In this document: one piece after another, positions 50,183 to 61,128 of the stretch
Layout of the letters: every line of letters starts with the position of its first letter
How positions within the stretch are numbered: the stretch's first letter is position 1
Assembly: GCA_051531975.1 (NCBI GenBank)
Contig: JAOPTT010000001.1
Coordinates: 160,001 to 224,000, forward strand
DNA length: 64,000 nucleotides
DNA from: Spirochaetaceae bacterium
GTDB lineage: Bacteria > Spirochaetota > Spirochaetia > DSM-2461
Direction of reading: 5' to 3'
Translations under genes and position numbers: made by a program
The notes under the pieces: model-generated
Databases searched by the model: none
What the model saw: only the letters and a program-made list of their open reading frames with translations
Told to the model about the DNA's origin: nothing

Positions 50183-51748
50183 ATGAATGAATTCAGATAT
50201 GGTGTGGAATGGTTAACAGCTGGGATAACTCTAGATATTGCCAGGGGAAAGACAAAAGGTATACTAAGCAAGGAAGCAGTTAAAAATATCGAAAAAAGCT
50301 ATAACGATGTTCAGGAAATTGTTCAAACAGAAAAAACCGTTTATGGAATAAATACAGGTTTTGGCCCCCTCTGTTCCAAATCTATTTCAAAAGAAGATAC
50401 TGAAAAACTCCAATATAATATTCTTAGAAGTCATAGTTCTGGGGTTGGTGATGATATTCCAATAGAAGTTGCAAAACTTATGCTGATATTAAAGGTGCAA
50501 GCACTATCAAAAGGATATTCAGGCATAAACTTATCAACTTTAAACCGAATTATATGGCATATTGAAAATGATATTATACCTGCGGTCCCCTGCCAGGGTT
50601 CAGTTGGAGCATCAGGAGATTTAGCACCGCTCTCTCACCTATTTTTACCCCTAATAGGATTTGGAAAAGTATATATGGATGGTAAATTAATTGAAACATC
50701 TAAAATATTTAAAAAATATAAATTAAAACCCTTAAAACTTGGAGCAAAAGAGGGTTTAGCCTTAATAAATGGAACTCAGTTTATGGCAGCTTTCTCTGTT
50801 AGGGCAATAGAGAGATTTAAAAATTGTCTAGAGACTGCAGATATTCTTGGAGCAATGTCATTAGAGTCTCTTCTAGGTTCAATAGCTCCTTTTAAAGAGG
50901 AACTACACGACCTTAGACCATATCCTGGAACAAAATATGTAGCTTTTAGACTAAGAACTCTATTAGAAGACTCACAAATGGTAAAATCACATATTAATTG
51001 CGAACGGGTTCAAGACCCCTATTCATTACGATGCATGCCCCAAGTCCACGGAGCTTCTAGAAACGCATGGAAACATTTTAAAGAAACAATAGAGATAGAG
51101 TTAAACTCTGTAACAGATAATCCTATAATTCTAAGTTCAGATGAAACTATAAGTGGTGGTAATTTTCATGGAGAACCAATAGCTATACCAATAGATTATG
51201 CGACTGTTGCAGTAAGTGAGTTAGGTAATATTTCTGATAGAAGAATTTACCTACTTTTAGAAGGACTTCAAGGCCTACCTATACTTTTAATGGATGATAC
51301 AGGTATTAACTCTGGTTTTATGATTCCTCAATATACATCTGCTGCGTTAGCATCGGAGAATAAAACCCTCTGCTTTCCAGCTAGTGCCGATAGTATTCCA
51401 ACTTCTTTGGGACAAGAAGACCATGTTAGCATGGGTTCTATAGGGTGTCGGAAGCTTAATCAGGTAATAGATAATGTAGAAAATATTTTAGCTGTAGAGC
51501 TCTTATGTGCAGCTCAAGCTTTCGATTTTAGGAAACCTCTTAAATCTAGTACTATTTTAGAAGCTTGTCATAATATTGTTCGATCAAAAATAAATCATGC
51601 AGATGAAGATAGGGTTTTTGCTGACGACCTAATTACAGCTAGAAAACTAATACAGGATAAGACTCTTGCTAAAGAGGCTATTCGATGTGCAAAAAATAAA
51701 AAAATTGAATTTAAAGGAGACGGTTATGAATCATTTAGAATTTATTAA
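50183..51748 (+). CDS. hutH: Histidine ammonia-lyase
   Basis: [23 protein letters not shown] (MIO), QDPYSLRC and GGNFHG motifs. Confidence 0.96.
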   Translation: MNEFRYGVEWLTAGITLDIARGKTKGILSKEAVKNIEKSYNDVQEIVQTEKTVYGINTGFGPLCSKSISKEDTEKLQYNILRSHSSGVGDDIPIEVAKLMLILKVQALSKGYSGINLSTLNRIIWHIENDIIPAVPCQGSVGASGDLAPLSHLFLPLIGFGKVYMDGKLIETSKIFKKYKLKPLKLGAKEGLALINGTQFMAAFSVRAIERFKNCLETADILGAMSLESLLGSIAPFKEELHDLRPYPGTKYVAFRLRTLLEDSQMVKSHINCERVQDPYSLRCMPQVHGASRNAWKHFKETIEIELNSVTDNPIILSSDETISGGNFHGEPIAIPIDYATVAVSELGNISDRRIYLLLEGLQGLPILLMDDTGINSGFMIPQYTSAALASENKTLCFPASADSIPTSLGQEDHVSMGSIGCRKLNQVIDNVENILAVELLCAAQAFDFRKPLKSSTILEACHNIVRSKINHADEDRVFADDLITARKLIQDKTLAKEAIRCAKNKKIEFKGDGYESFRIY

Positions 51749-53396
51749 TAAATATGCTAATCATCCAGAATATAAAGCTCCAACAGGAGATAAACTCCAT
51801 GCTAAATCGTGGCAGACTGAGGCTGCTCTAAGGATGTTATTGAACAACCTAGATAGAGAAGTTGCTGAGAACCCAGAAGAGTTAATAGTTTATGGTGGGA
51901 ATGGTCAGGCAGCAAGAAGTGTAGAAGATTTACAGAAAATAATTAAATGTCTATTGGATTTAGAGAGTGATCAGAGTCTTTTGGTTCAATCTGGTAAAGC
52001 TGTAGGAGTAATTAGAAGTCATAAAAATGCTCCAAGGGTATTAATTGCCAATAGTAATCTTGTTCCAAAGTGGGCAACCTGGGATCACTTTAATATGTTA
52101 AAAGATAAAGGTCTTATGATGTATGGTCAGATGACTGCAGGGAGTTGGATTTATATAGGGACCCAAGGAATTTTACAAGGAACATATGAGACATTTATGG
52201 CATGTGGAAAAAAACATTACAACTCAAACCTAAAGGGTAAACTTGTATTCTCAGGGGGTATTGGTGGCATGAGTGGTGCACAACCATTAGCTGCAACCCT
52301 AGCTGGGGCTACATATTTAGGGGTAGACGTAGATAAAGATCGAATCAAAAAGAGATTAAATGGTAAATATATAGATAAAATGACTGATTCATATTCAGAA
52401 GCTATTAAGTGGGTATTAGAGGCTAAAGAGAAAGAAGAGGCAATTTCTGTAGGCTTAGTTGGAAATGTTAGAGATGTACTACAAAAACTTGTTGATGATA
52501 ATATAACTCCAGATATTACTACTGATCAGACATCTGCCCATGACCCATTAAATGGATATGTACCAGCTGACATACCTTATCAGGGTGTTTTGTTGTTAAG
52601 AAAAACAGATCCAAAAAAATACAGAGAGCTATCATTAAAAACAATGGCAGAACATGTTGGTTTTATGCTTCAACTAAAAGAGAGGGGAAGTCATGTATTC
52701 GACTATGGCAATAACCTTAGGGAGTTTGCAAGACAGGGTGGAGAAGATAGAGCTTTTGAATACCCAGGCTTTGTACCAGCTTATATTAGACCTCTATTTT
52801 GTGAAGGTAAAGGACCATTTAGGTGGGCTGCACTATCTGGAGATCCAGAGGATATAAGAGTAACTGATAAAGCTTTAAAAGAGGCCTTTCCAGAAAATAA
52901 GCAGATGATCCATTGGCTAAACGAAGCTGAAAATAGAGTTTCGTTTCAGGGTCTACCCTCAAGAATATGTTGGCTTGGAATGGGTGAAAGGGAGAAAGCA
53001 GGAGTTATATTTAATAACTTGGTAAAAACAGGGAAGGTAAAAGCTCCTATTGTAATTGGAAGAGATCATCTGGATTGTGGTTCTGTAGCATCCCCATACA
53101 GGGAGACAGAAGACATGAAAGATGGATCAGACGCAGTCTCTGATTGGCCAATATTAAATCTTCTATCTAATACATCTGGAGGTGCTACATGGGTATCATT
53201 TCACCATGGAGGTGGAGTTGGTATAGGTTATTCTCAACATGCTGGAATGGTAGTTGTAGCAGATGGAACAAAAGAGTGTGAAGTAATTTTAAGACGTGTT
53301 TTATACAACGATCCAGCAATGGGAATTTTTAGACATGCCGATGCTGGTTACGATATTGCAGTACAAACAGGTAACGATCAAGGAGTTCTTTTATGA
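51726..53396 (+). CDS. hutU: Urocanate hydratase
   Basis: [30 protein letters not shown] and HHGGGVG motifs; AAGGAG RBS. Confidence 0.96.
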   Translation: MNHLEFINKYANHPEYKAPTGDKLHAKSWQTEAALRMLLNNLDREVAENPEELIVYGGNGQAARSVEDLQKIIKCLLDLESDQSLLVQSGKAVGVIRSHKNAPRVLIANSNLVPKWATWDHFNMLKDKGLMMYGQMTAGSWIYIGTQGILQGTYETFMACGKKHYNSNLKGKLVFSGGIGGMSGAQPLAATLAGATYLGVDVDKDRIKKRLNGKYIDKMTDSYSEAIKWVLEAKEKEEAISVGLVGNVRDVLQKLVDDNITPDITTDQTSAHDPLNGYVPADIPYQGVLLLRKTDPKKYRELSLKTMAEHVGFMLQLKERGSHVFDYGNNLREFARQGGEDRAFEYPGFVPAYIRPLFCEGKGPFRWAALSGDPEDIRVTDKALKEAFPENKQMIHWLNEAENRVSFQGLPSRICWLGMGEREKAGVIFNNLVKTGKVKAPIVIGRDHLDCGSVASPYRETEDMKDGSDAVSDWPILNLLSNTSGGATWVSFHHGGGVGIGYSQHAGMVVVADGTKECEVILRRVLYNDPAMGIFRHADAGYDIAVQTGNDQGVLL

Positions 53397-55072
53397 GACA
53401 AATTATAGAGTGTGTTCCGAACTTCAGTGAGGGTGTAAACCTTAATATAATAAAAGAGATTACAGATATTATAGAAGCAGTGGATGGAGTTACATTGCTA
53501 GATGTAGATCCAGGTAGAGCCACAAATAGAACTGTGGTTACATTTGTAGGAGAGCCTGAACCAGTAATTGAAGCTGCATTTCTTGGAATAAAAAAAGCGT
53601 CAGAACTAATAGATATGAAAAATCATAGCGGTGAACATCCAAGAATGGGAGCAACTGATGTATGCCCTTTAATACCTATAAGTAATATAAGTTTGGATCA
53701 GTGTATCCCCTATGCTGAAAGGCTTGCAAAAATGGTTGGAGAAGAGTTACATATTCCATCCTACCTATATGGTAAAGCGGCAAAAAAAGAGAATAGAGTA
53801 AAACTACCAGATATAAGAGAAGGAGAATATGAGGCTTTAGAGGGCAAATTACAAAACCCTGATTTTAAACCTGATTTTGGAGAAGCCATATTTAACTCAA
53901 AATCCGGAGCAACTGCATTTGGAGTTAGAGACTTCCTATTAGCGTATAATATAAATTTAAATAGTAAAGATGCAAAGTTTGCGAAAGATATAGCTTTAAC
54001 AATTAGAGAACGTGGTAGAGCCAAAAGAGACAGTGATGGGGAGATTCTAAGGGATGCCAATGGTGTATCTATAAAAGTTCCAGGATTATTAGAGAACTGT
54101 CAGGCAGGTGGCTGGTATATTGATGAGTATGGATATGCCCAGGTTACAATGAATTTAACTAATTACCACAATATTGGATTACACACAGCATTTGATGTTG
54201 TAGTAAAAGAGGCTGAAAAGTTTGGACTAAGAGTAACAGGTAGCGAGGTTGTAGGCCTTCTTCCCAAAAAAGCTATTTTAGATGCTGGACTACACTATTT
54301 AAAGAAATCTAATAAAAACATAGGAATACCTGAAAAAGATATAGTTCATATTGGAATCTTATCCCTTGGATTAAATGATACAACACCATTTGATGCAAAA
54401 AAGAAGATAATAGAGTATGCAATTGAAGCAAAGAAGAGTGGGCTTAAACATCTTAGTATTACAGATTTTGTAACCGAACTATCTTCTGACTCGATGGCTC
54501 CTGGAGGAGGAAGTATCGCGGCATTAAATGGTGCTTTATCTGCAGGATTAACATCAATGGTTGCAAACTTAACCCATGGTAAAAAAGGGTATATTCAACA
54601 TGATAAGATGATGACTGAAGTTTCTATAGATTCTCAGCATTTAAAGGGCGAGTATATAGAACTTATTGATTCTGATACTGACTCATTCAACAGTTATATT
54701 TTAGCAGTTAGAATGCCTAAAAAAAGTGAACAGCAAATAACGCTGCGTAATGAAGCCCTAGAGAATGCAGCAAAAGCTATGACTTTAATCCCAATGAGAA
54801 CACTAAGAGGAACACTAAAACTTCAAAGTAATGCAGAGATAGTGCTAAAAAATGGTAATAGGAATGCTCTCTCTGATGCAACTGTAGCTATTATTCAGAG
54901 TGAAGCAGCAGCAACTGGAGCCTTTTTAAATGTTAAAATAAATCTACCATCAGTTAAAGATGAGATATTTAAAAAAGATATTTTAGAAGAGGCAGAGGAG
55001 ATCTTACAATCAATTAAACTTGGTAGAAAAAGATTAGAGGGGTATGCACTGAAGGAACTAGATAATGAATAG
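53393..55072 (+). CDS. ftcd: Fused glutamate formimidoyltransferase / formiminotetrahydrofolate cyclodeaminase
   Basis: [10 protein letters not shown] and [11 protein letters not shown] (transferase) followed by APGGGS and NVKINL (cyclodeaminase). Confidence 0.93.
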   Translation: MRQIIECVPNFSEGVNLNIIKEITDIIEAVDGVTLLDVDPGRATNRTVVTFVGEPEPVIEAAFLGIKKASELIDMKNHSGEHPRMGATDVCPLIPISNISLDQCIPYAERLAKMVGEELHIPSYLYGKAAKKENRVKLPDIREGEYEALEGKLQNPDFKPDFGEAIFNSKSGATAFGVRDFLLAYNINLNSKDAKFAKDIALTIRERGRAKRDSDGEILRDANGVSIKVPGLLENCQAGGWYIDEYGYAQVTMNLTNYHNIGLHTAFDVVVKEAEKFGLRVTGSEVVGLLPKKAILDAGLHYLKKSNKNIGIPEKDIVHIGILSLGLNDTTPFDAKKKIIEYAIEAKKSGLKHLSITDFVTELSSDSMAPGGGSIAALNGALSAGLTSMVANLTHGKKGYIQHDKMMTEVSIDSQHLKGEYIELIDSDTDSFNSYILAVRMPKKSEQQITLRNEALENAAKAMTLIPMRTLRGTLKLQSNAEIVLKNGNRNALSDATVAIIQSEAAATGAFLNVKINLPSVKDEIFKKDILEEAEEILQSIKLGRKRLEGYALKELDNE

Positions 55073-56273
55073 CGACATTGACCTTCTAGTTATAAATAGT
55101 TCCAAACTTCTAACTCTACAGGGGGAGATAGGTCTCTCCCCAATAACAGGTGGAGGAGTAGCAATCAAAAATGGGATAATTGTAGATATTGGAACATCTA
55201 CAGATCTTAAATTAAAATACTCTAATTGTAAAAATATAATAGATGCAAAAGAACATCTGGTAATGCCAGGATTTGTAGATTGTCATACCCACCTTGTATT
55301 TGGTGGAGATAGAACAGAAGAGATGTTACTCAGGATAAGTGGGACATCATATCTTGATATACTTAAAAATGGTGGAGGAATAAACTCCACTGTAAATGCA
55401 ACAAGGAGTTGTACTAAAGAGCAGTTAATTAAACTCTCTTTAAACAGACTTGATGATTTAAAAAAACATGGAACTACTACAGTAGAGATAAAAACAGGTT
55501 ATGGTTTAAACTATGAATCAGAAAAGAAGATGTTAGAAGTTATTAGGGAATTAAAAACAATATCTGATCTCGATATCGTATCTACCTACCTTGGAGCCCA
55601 CACAATACCTGCCAATAAAAATCGAGAGGAATATATTACGTGGTTATTAGGAGAGAGCCTAACAAAATTTAAAAACTATGCTGAGTTTTTTGATCTATTT
55701 TGTGAAGAAGGTGCATTTAGTTATAAAGAAAGCAAGGAACTACTTCTAGCAGCTAAAAAAGCTGGATATAAATTAAAAATTCATGCAGGACAATTTAATG
55801 ATCTAGAAGCTCCAGGAATGGCTGCAGAACTGGGGGCTACCTCGATTGATCATTTAGAACATATTAGTATTGAACAGATTATTAAAATGGCAGATAAAGG
55901 AACCATAGCTGTGTTAATGCCTGGTGTTCCTATGTTTTTGAAGACCAAATACCCAAATGGTAGAGATTTTATAGACAGAGGTGTTAATGTAGCCCTAGCA
56001 ACAGATTTTAACCCAGGATCCTGCCCCTCGTTCTCAATGCCCATGATGATTATGTTAGCTGTTTTTAACTGTGGTTTAACAATAGATGAAGCGATTAGAG
56101 CAGCAACAATTAATAGTGCTAAAGCTATTGGGCTACAAAGCAGTGTAGGTTCATTGGAAATTGGAAAAAATGCTGATCTGATTATTCTAAATCTAAAAAA
56201 GCCAGAAGAGATTGTTTATTATTTTGGTACTAATCCAGTACATACTGTAATTAAAAGAGGGATGGTAATATAA
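55065..56273 (+). CDS. hutI: Imidazolonepropionase
   Basis: PGFVDCHTHLVF, GTTTVEIKTGYG, DHLE and ATDFNPGS motifs. Confidence 0.95.
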   Translation: MNSDIDLLVINSSKLLTLQGEIGLSPITGGGVAIKNGIIVDIGTSTDLKLKYSNCKNIIDAKEHLVMPGFVDCHTHLVFGGDRTEEMLLRISGTSYLDILKNGGGINSTVNATRSCTKEQLIKLSLNRLDDLKKHGTTTVEIKTGYGLNYESEKKMLEVIRELKTISDLDIVSTYLGAHTIPANKNREEYITWLLGESLTKFKNYAEFFDLFCEEGAFSYKESKELLLAAKKAGYKLKIHAGQFNDLEAPGMAAELGATSIDHLEHISIEQIIKMADKGTIAVLMPGVPMFLKTKYPNGRDFIDRGVNVALATDFNPGSCPSFSMPMMIMLAVFNCGLTIDEAIRAATINSAKAIGLQSSVGSLEIGKNADLIILNLKKPEEIVYYFGTNPVHTVIKRGMVI

Positions 56274-56430
56274 TTTAGAGTTGTCATTTATGTGTATTCA
56301 AAAACCACATTTCTGATACAGTAACATTTGTATTTCACCTAACACTCTAAAGGGACACGACTTTTAATATCTTTAATTTAACGCAGCTATAATTTTTTAA
56401 TATGAGCAAAATAATATAGTTTTATTTTCA

Positions 56431-57012
56431 TTAATCTTTTTTATTATATAATCTTTTTCTTATCCTACTTAAAGATTCAGGTTTTACACCAATATAACTT
56501 GATAGATTTACCTGAGAAACTCTCTCAAATAATTCAGGCCTTTGATTTAATAATTTTAAATATCTTTCTTCAGGAGTATTAAATAAGTAAGTTCTTATCT
56601 GTTTCTGATTTTCTACCATATAATCTTCAATAATCATACGGGCGACACTTTCTAACCGAGGATAATCCTTAAATAACTTTTGAGCTTTATCTTCATTACC
56701 TACTACAAAGAATGTATCTTCTAAACAATATAGATTAACTTTAAAATCTTGATTTTCAGAAGTGTCACTAAATAATAAAATCCATTGTCCTTCAGTATAA
56801 AAATTAGTTGAAATTTCTTCATCTTTAATAAGTTTATATTCTCGTACTAGGCCACTCATAACAAAATAAGAGTTCTGATTAATATCATCTTCTCTTTGTA
56901 AGAAGGAGTCCTTTTTATATTCCTTTATATCCATGCTTTCATTGATTGCATCAATTTCATCTTTTGTAAGTTTTGTATAAGTTAGGAAGTGATCTATTAA
57001 TTTATTCTTCAT
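56431..57012 (-). CDS. Crp/Fnr-family regulator
   Basis: cNMP-like N-terminal domain; PEERY and LSSYIGVKPESLSRIRK HTH. Confidence 0.88.
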   Translation of the reverse strand: MKNKLIDHFLTYTKLTKDEIDAINESMDIKEYKKDSFLQREDDINQNSYFVMSGLVREYKLIKDEEISTNFYTEGQWILLFSDTSENQDFKVNLYCLEDTFFVVGNEDKAQKLFKDYPRLESVARMIIEDYMVENQKQIRTYLFNTPEERYLKLLNQRPELFERVSQVNLSSYIGVKPESLSRIRKRLYNKKD

Positions 57013-57027
57013 GTAAACCTCCAAGTC

Positions 57028-57041
57028 TTAACTTAAGTCAA
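57028..57041. promoter_or_regulatory. Putative Crp/Fnr-type box
   Basis: TTAAC-TTAA-GTCAA, close to TTGAC-N4-GTCAA, between the divergent genes. Confidence 0.5.
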
Positions 57042-57109
57042 TGCATTCAGTTTTATTAGGCTGTAATATTAACATAACATTTTAATCATAATACGACATG
57101 GAGGATTAT

Positions 57110-57685
57110 ATGATAAAAATAAGAAAAATAAGTATTACAATAGGTCTTTTAATTCTATCAGCATTTATTTTTTATGGTGTAGGTCAGAGTTTAATAACTT
57201 CTGCTCCAACAATAGGGCTTTTCATGATTTTGATAAACTCAATAATCGTGACTTTTATAGGAATTTTGTTTAAAAATCTATTAAGGAATCAAGATAAACC
57301 TATTATGAGAACATATTTAGCAGCAAGGATAATTGAAGCTGTATTACTTTTAATTGGGGGATTATTTCTATATATAAATGAAATAACTGATACTACTTTA
57401 ATGCAACAATCTTTCATAATAATAAATAAAATTGCATATAATATAGGAATGATTAGCTTAGGCATTGGTAGTACTATTGTATTCTCTTTTTGTTTAAAAC
57501 CCCGGGTATTTCCTAAATGGATATGTATTTGGGGAATAATAGGTTACATATTATTAGTTATTGGAAGTTTACTAGACATCCTAAATATCCAATCAAGTAT
57601 GTATTTTCTAATGCCAGGAGGTTTGTTTGAGATTACAATATCATTCTGGTTAATATTCAAGGGTCAGAGAACACAAATGATTTGA
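57110..57685 (+). CDS. DUF4386-like membrane protein
   Basis: YLAARIIEA, PKWICIWGIIGY and PGGLFEI...WLIFKG motifs. Confidence 0.7.
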   Translation: MIKIRKISITIGLLILSAFIFYGVGQSLITSAPTIGLFMILINSIIVTFIGILFKNLLRNQDKPIMRTYLAARIIEAVLLLIGGLFLYINEITDTTLMQQSFIIINKIAYNIGMISLGIGSTIVFSFCLKPRVFPKWICIWGIIGYILLVIGSLLDILNIQSSMYFLMPGGLFEITISFWLIFKGQRTQMI

Positions 57686-57855
57686 TGAACTAATGATCGA
57701 AAATAGCGAGTTGTTCCATTTTTTGTTAAATGTATAAGTAATGTAACATTCAAATATAGTGTTCTTCGATAATATAAAACTGAAAAAATATCTTTGTTAA
57801 TTTATACATAATTGTTTTATAATTAAAAATATATTAATTGATCATGGAAGGTATA

Positions 57856-58181
57856 ATGAAAAAGAACAAAATAGTTATTTATAGTATTCTAGCTTATCTT
57901 TGGTCATATACTCTTTGGGTATTTTCTATAAAATATGCTTTACAAAAGGATATTAGTCTATTTTTAAATGAATCATTAGTTAATGCAATTTACAATAAAG
58001 AGTTAATAGGTGATCTCGCATTTTTTTCATTATTAGCAGTAGCGGCAACTTTAGGCCTCTATTTGCAAGTATAATTATTTCAATTATTGATAAGGATCTA
58101 AAAAAAGAGATGGTTTCTAGATTAAAATTTGTTAAAAAACCATCATTATATTTCATAGTAGTGGAAGGTCTTATTTCATAA
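57856..58181 (+). pseudogene. CPBP/Abi intramembrane protease, 5' fragment (frameshifted)
   Basis: LAYLWSY...AATLG, then a frameshift near 58055 continuing GPLFASIIISII...LKFVKKPSLYFIV. Confidence 0.6.
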
Positions 58182-58396
58182 TTTTTAAAAGTAATAAAAT
58201 TTAGTAACATATGGACTTAAAGAGTAAAAAATTCCATAAACCAAATCAGTCCCGTCTGTTTAATTGGAGATATTGTTGCAATTTAAATATTAAGCAATGG
58301 ACAGTGCCTGGGCACTCCTACAGAAGTAGTTATTACAGCATTTTAATTATTAAATATTTACATGAATAGATCTCCATATTATTTTTTATATTAATT

Positions 58397-58590
58397 CTAA
58401 AAGGTAAACTCTATACGACTGTACAGTTATTAATATGTTACATTCTATTATCACTGTATTCCATATGATTAATGAACATTGGAATACTTTAATACCGGAT
58501 GGTTCCCTAGAAGATGAACTTGTAAAAAGACTTATTTCTGAAAATTAGGAGATTGAATTTAATAAACTTACTAAAAAAGTCAAAAAATTT
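58397..58590 (+). pseudogene. MmcQ/YjbR-family remnant 1
   Basis: Reads FHMINEHWNTLIPDGSLEDELVKRLISEN*EIEFNKLTKK, matching the recalled family motif YHMNKxHWNT...DG...LI..S. Confidence 0.6.
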
Positions 58591-58642
58591 ATCTTAATAA
58601 TTCCTGACAAAGTAGAGTGAGTTCATTTAAAGTTTACTGTTT

Positions 58643-58706
58643 TATACTCTACAATTATCACCTATAATTGACAATTGTAGAGTATAGGTGTAATATTGAC
58701 TATACT
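58643..58706. promoter_or_regulatory. hicAB promoter/operator region
   Basis: Perfect 14-bp inverted repeat TATACTCTACAATT (58643) / AATTGTAGAGTATA (58673) around a TTGACA -35, with TAATAT 17 bp downstream. Confidence 0.6.
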
Positions 58707-58725
58707 TAAATCAGGAGTCCCAGAA

Positions 58726-58914
58726 GTGCCTATATCAGGTAAAGAAATGGTTAAGAGATATAAGAAAGCAGGATGGTATCTTGATCATATAAATGGGAGC
58801 CACCATATAATGAAAAAAGATGAAGGTAATAGAACAATGCCTATACCTGTACATAAAAATGAATCCCTAGGTAAAGGTTTAGAAGGGAAACTATTAAAGG
58901 AGATTAGTAAATGA
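58726..58914 (+). CDS. hicA: HicA-family toxin (mRNA interferase)
   Basis: GWYLDHINGSHHIMKK...IPVH...LGKG; AGGAG RBS before GTG 58726. Confidence 0.9.
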   Translation: MPISGKEMVKRYKKAGWYLDHINGSHHIMKKDEGNRTMPIPVHKNESLGKGLEGKLLKEISK

Positions 58915-59333
58915 TATATCACTTTGAATTACATAAAGAAGAAGATGGATTCTGGGCTGAGTGTGTTGAACTCGATAGTTGTATGTCTGAAGGGAAGACT
59001 ATAGATGAACTAAAATCAAATTTGAAAGAAGCTCTAGATGGTGTTCTTCAAACTTCTTTTGGTCATAACTTTGAACACCCTATGCCGCAAGATGAATTGA
59101 ATAATGACAATAAATACTTAAAAATTGAACCGAGCTCCGATATTGCATTTTCTGTTTTACTTCGACATTATAGAATTAGTCATAGAAAGACTCAAGAATC
59201 AATGAAAGGTGCATTAGGCATGAAAAGTCGTAATAGTTACGTTAAATTGGAACAAAAAGGAAACCCTACACTTAAAACATTAGTTAAAATTGTTAAGACT
59301 TTTCCTGATTTTCCATTAAAGGCATGTTTTTAA
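58911..59333 (+). CDS. hicB: HicB-family antitoxin with C-terminal HTH
   Basis: EEDGFWAEC...CMSEGKTIDE...KEAL and an XRE-like HTH (YVKLEQKGNPTLKTL); ATGA overlap with hicA. Confidence 0.9.
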   Translation: MIYHFELHKEEDGFWAECVELDSCMSEGKTIDELKSNLKEALDGVLQTSFGHNFEHPMPQDELNNDNKYLKIEPSSDIAFSVLLRHYRISHRKTQESMKGALGMKSRNSYVKLEQKGNPTLKTLVKIVKTFPDFPLKACF

Positions 59334-59437
59334 AAATGAATTACAGTATTGAGTTATTTACTAATTGTAGTTTATAAATGAAATATTTAATTGTAGTTTG
59401 TGGTCTAGATTGAGTGGTATTTACTGTGTAATAACGG

Positions 59438-59507
59438 TTATTGGAATACTATTATACTGGATGTAACCTTAGAAAATGATCTAATAAAAAGACTTATATC
59501 TGAATCT
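59438..59507 (+). pseudogene. MmcQ/YjbR-family remnant 2
   Basis: Reads YWNTIILDVTLENDLIKRLISES; 59441-59504 matches 58479-58542 at 52 of 64 nt. Confidence 0.55.
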
Positions 59508-59932
59508 CGTACTGACAATAAATTACAGCCAAAAAATATTTCAGTAATTTTGCCCACTCTATTAAATCCGATTCTATAAATATGCTACTTCTAAAATCAT
59601 TGCTTAAATTACTCGAGTTTACACTCATCTATTTCATCAACAGGAATTCAATTATTCCAAAAATAGCTCTCATCTGGCAAGAGAATCAAAGGTATAAAAG
59701 ATATTTTAATGAAAAGAATATCAAACTCCCCTTCTCCATCCAAGATAAATGGTTTATAACCATTTTTAAATACGAAAGATTTCCATAATAACTTTATTCG
59801 GTAATTAGGTGGTCACGAGAGGATATCCCCAGCTGTTTATATTGATTAAGCAATGTTCAGGCCCCAATATGGATATATTGATGCAACAGCATAACAACAG
59901 AATTTTATTTATTAAACATTTAATACTTAAAG

Positions 59933-59964
59933 TTGATAATTCCTTATATATAAGGAATTATCAA
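59933..59964. terminator. Perfect 32-bp palindrome downstream of the ssb remnant
   Basis: TTGATAATTCCTTA-TATA-TAAGGAATTATCAA. Confidence 0.55.
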
Positions 59965-59973
59965 TATTAAAAG

Positions 59974-60323
59974 CTAAACAGCTACATCCTGAACCTCTTC
60001 TTCTTTTACAAGATTAACAATAGGTTTAAACTCCACATGTTCAGCAACTACTTTAATCCGGGAATGTGGATTTTCGTTTTCATCAACCACCGGTCCTGTT
60101 TTAATCTTCCAACGACTCTAACCCCTCTACCCTTGCAAAGGTGTTTAAGGCAGCTTTCAGCTATTGTAGACTATACTTCTATATCAAAGTAGGATACCTC
60201 ATTTACATAGTCATCATCTTTCTTATAACTTCTGTTAACAGCAATAGTGAAGTTACAGATAATTGTATCCTGGGGAGTTCTTCTCTCTACAGGGTCTTTA
60301 ACTAAATTCCCCTCTAACAACAT
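59974..60323 (-). pseudogene. ssb: Single-stranded DNA-binding protein pseudogene
   Basis: LLEGNLVKDP...FTIAVNR...YFDIEV, TAG at the usual Trp, ...KGRGVRVVGRLKQDRW, frameshift, then DENENPHSRIKVVAEHVEFKP. Confidence 0.85.
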
Positions 60324-60834
60324 TGTAATAGCTATATTCATCTTTACAGATTTATTACCATCTATTCCATTAGCTTTTATAGGTGGAATCACTAAACTAC
60401 CGATATCAAAAATCTTTCTTTATATATTCACACTATTTAGTATTCAGATATTCACTTCAGGTGCAGAGGAATATGGTTGGACTGCCAGTTTGTATACTGG
60501 TTTGATATGGGCATTTTGGCATTTACCTATTGTGATATATATTTTTTACCTACAAGGCATGCCTCCATTTGCAATGATATTTTCTTTTATTGACTTTACT
60601 GTTGGAAGTGTAGCAATGTCAGTTGTTTATACATATTTTTATGAAAAAACTAAAAGTACTTTTTTTGCTGTATATATTCATGCTGTAGGTAATACTATAC
60701 CATTTATAGCGAGTCTACTTATTACAGATTCATATAAGGTTTCAATTTTTACTCAATTACTAATTTGGATAGTTGTTGCTGTCATAGTCAAAAAAAATAA
60801 AGATATATTTCCAAACAACAACAAGAAAAAATAG
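60322..60834 (+). pseudogene. CPBP/Abi intramembrane protease, 3' fragment
   Basis: GAEEYGW joined directly to TASLYTGLIWAFWHLP (the conserved Arg segment is missing); HAVGN motif present. Confidence 0.7.
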
Positions 60835-60835
60835 T

Positions 60836-61128
60836 GTTTTATTATGTGGAAACTTTGGACCTCGACCTTTTTCTAGTAAGCCAAGGATACCAAGTTCTTT
60901 ATACTGGTCAATATATTTTTATGCAGTTGGTCTACTGATATTAAACATTTCAGTTAGGTTAGAAATAGTATAACTTCCCCGATTTCCATAAAACTATGAA
61001 CTCTTCTTTTTCTTCCATTTTAGCTGTCTCCTTACACGGCATAGTTATCTCCTAAAAGGGTGATTACCTATGCTAAAAGTGTAAAGGAATTGCTTGGATA
61101 ACTGTAAAGGAAATACATGGGCCGGACA
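60836..61128 (-). mobile_element. IS481-family insertion sequence remnant (left end plus degenerate transposase N-terminus)
   Basis: The end begins TGT at 61128 with repeated TCCTTTACA. From ATG 61042: MPCKETAKMEEKEEFI, frameshift, ...FNISRPTA*KYIDQYKELGILGLLEKGRGP. Confidence 0.7.

Noticed and set aside
2546..56044. Many short ORFs in the track that are antisense to or nested within long genes (for example 6691-7065, 26602-27066, 42853-43386)
   Set aside because: They are shadow frames of well-supported genes, with no RBS or recognisable motifs.
56331..56362. CACCTAAC / GTTAGGT resembling an integron attC core
   Set aside because: No complementary partner end, no repeated array and no integrase in the window.
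59582..59788. 68-aa ORF in the decayed insert
   Set aside because: No RBS or family motif; probably spurious or an unidentifiable remnant.
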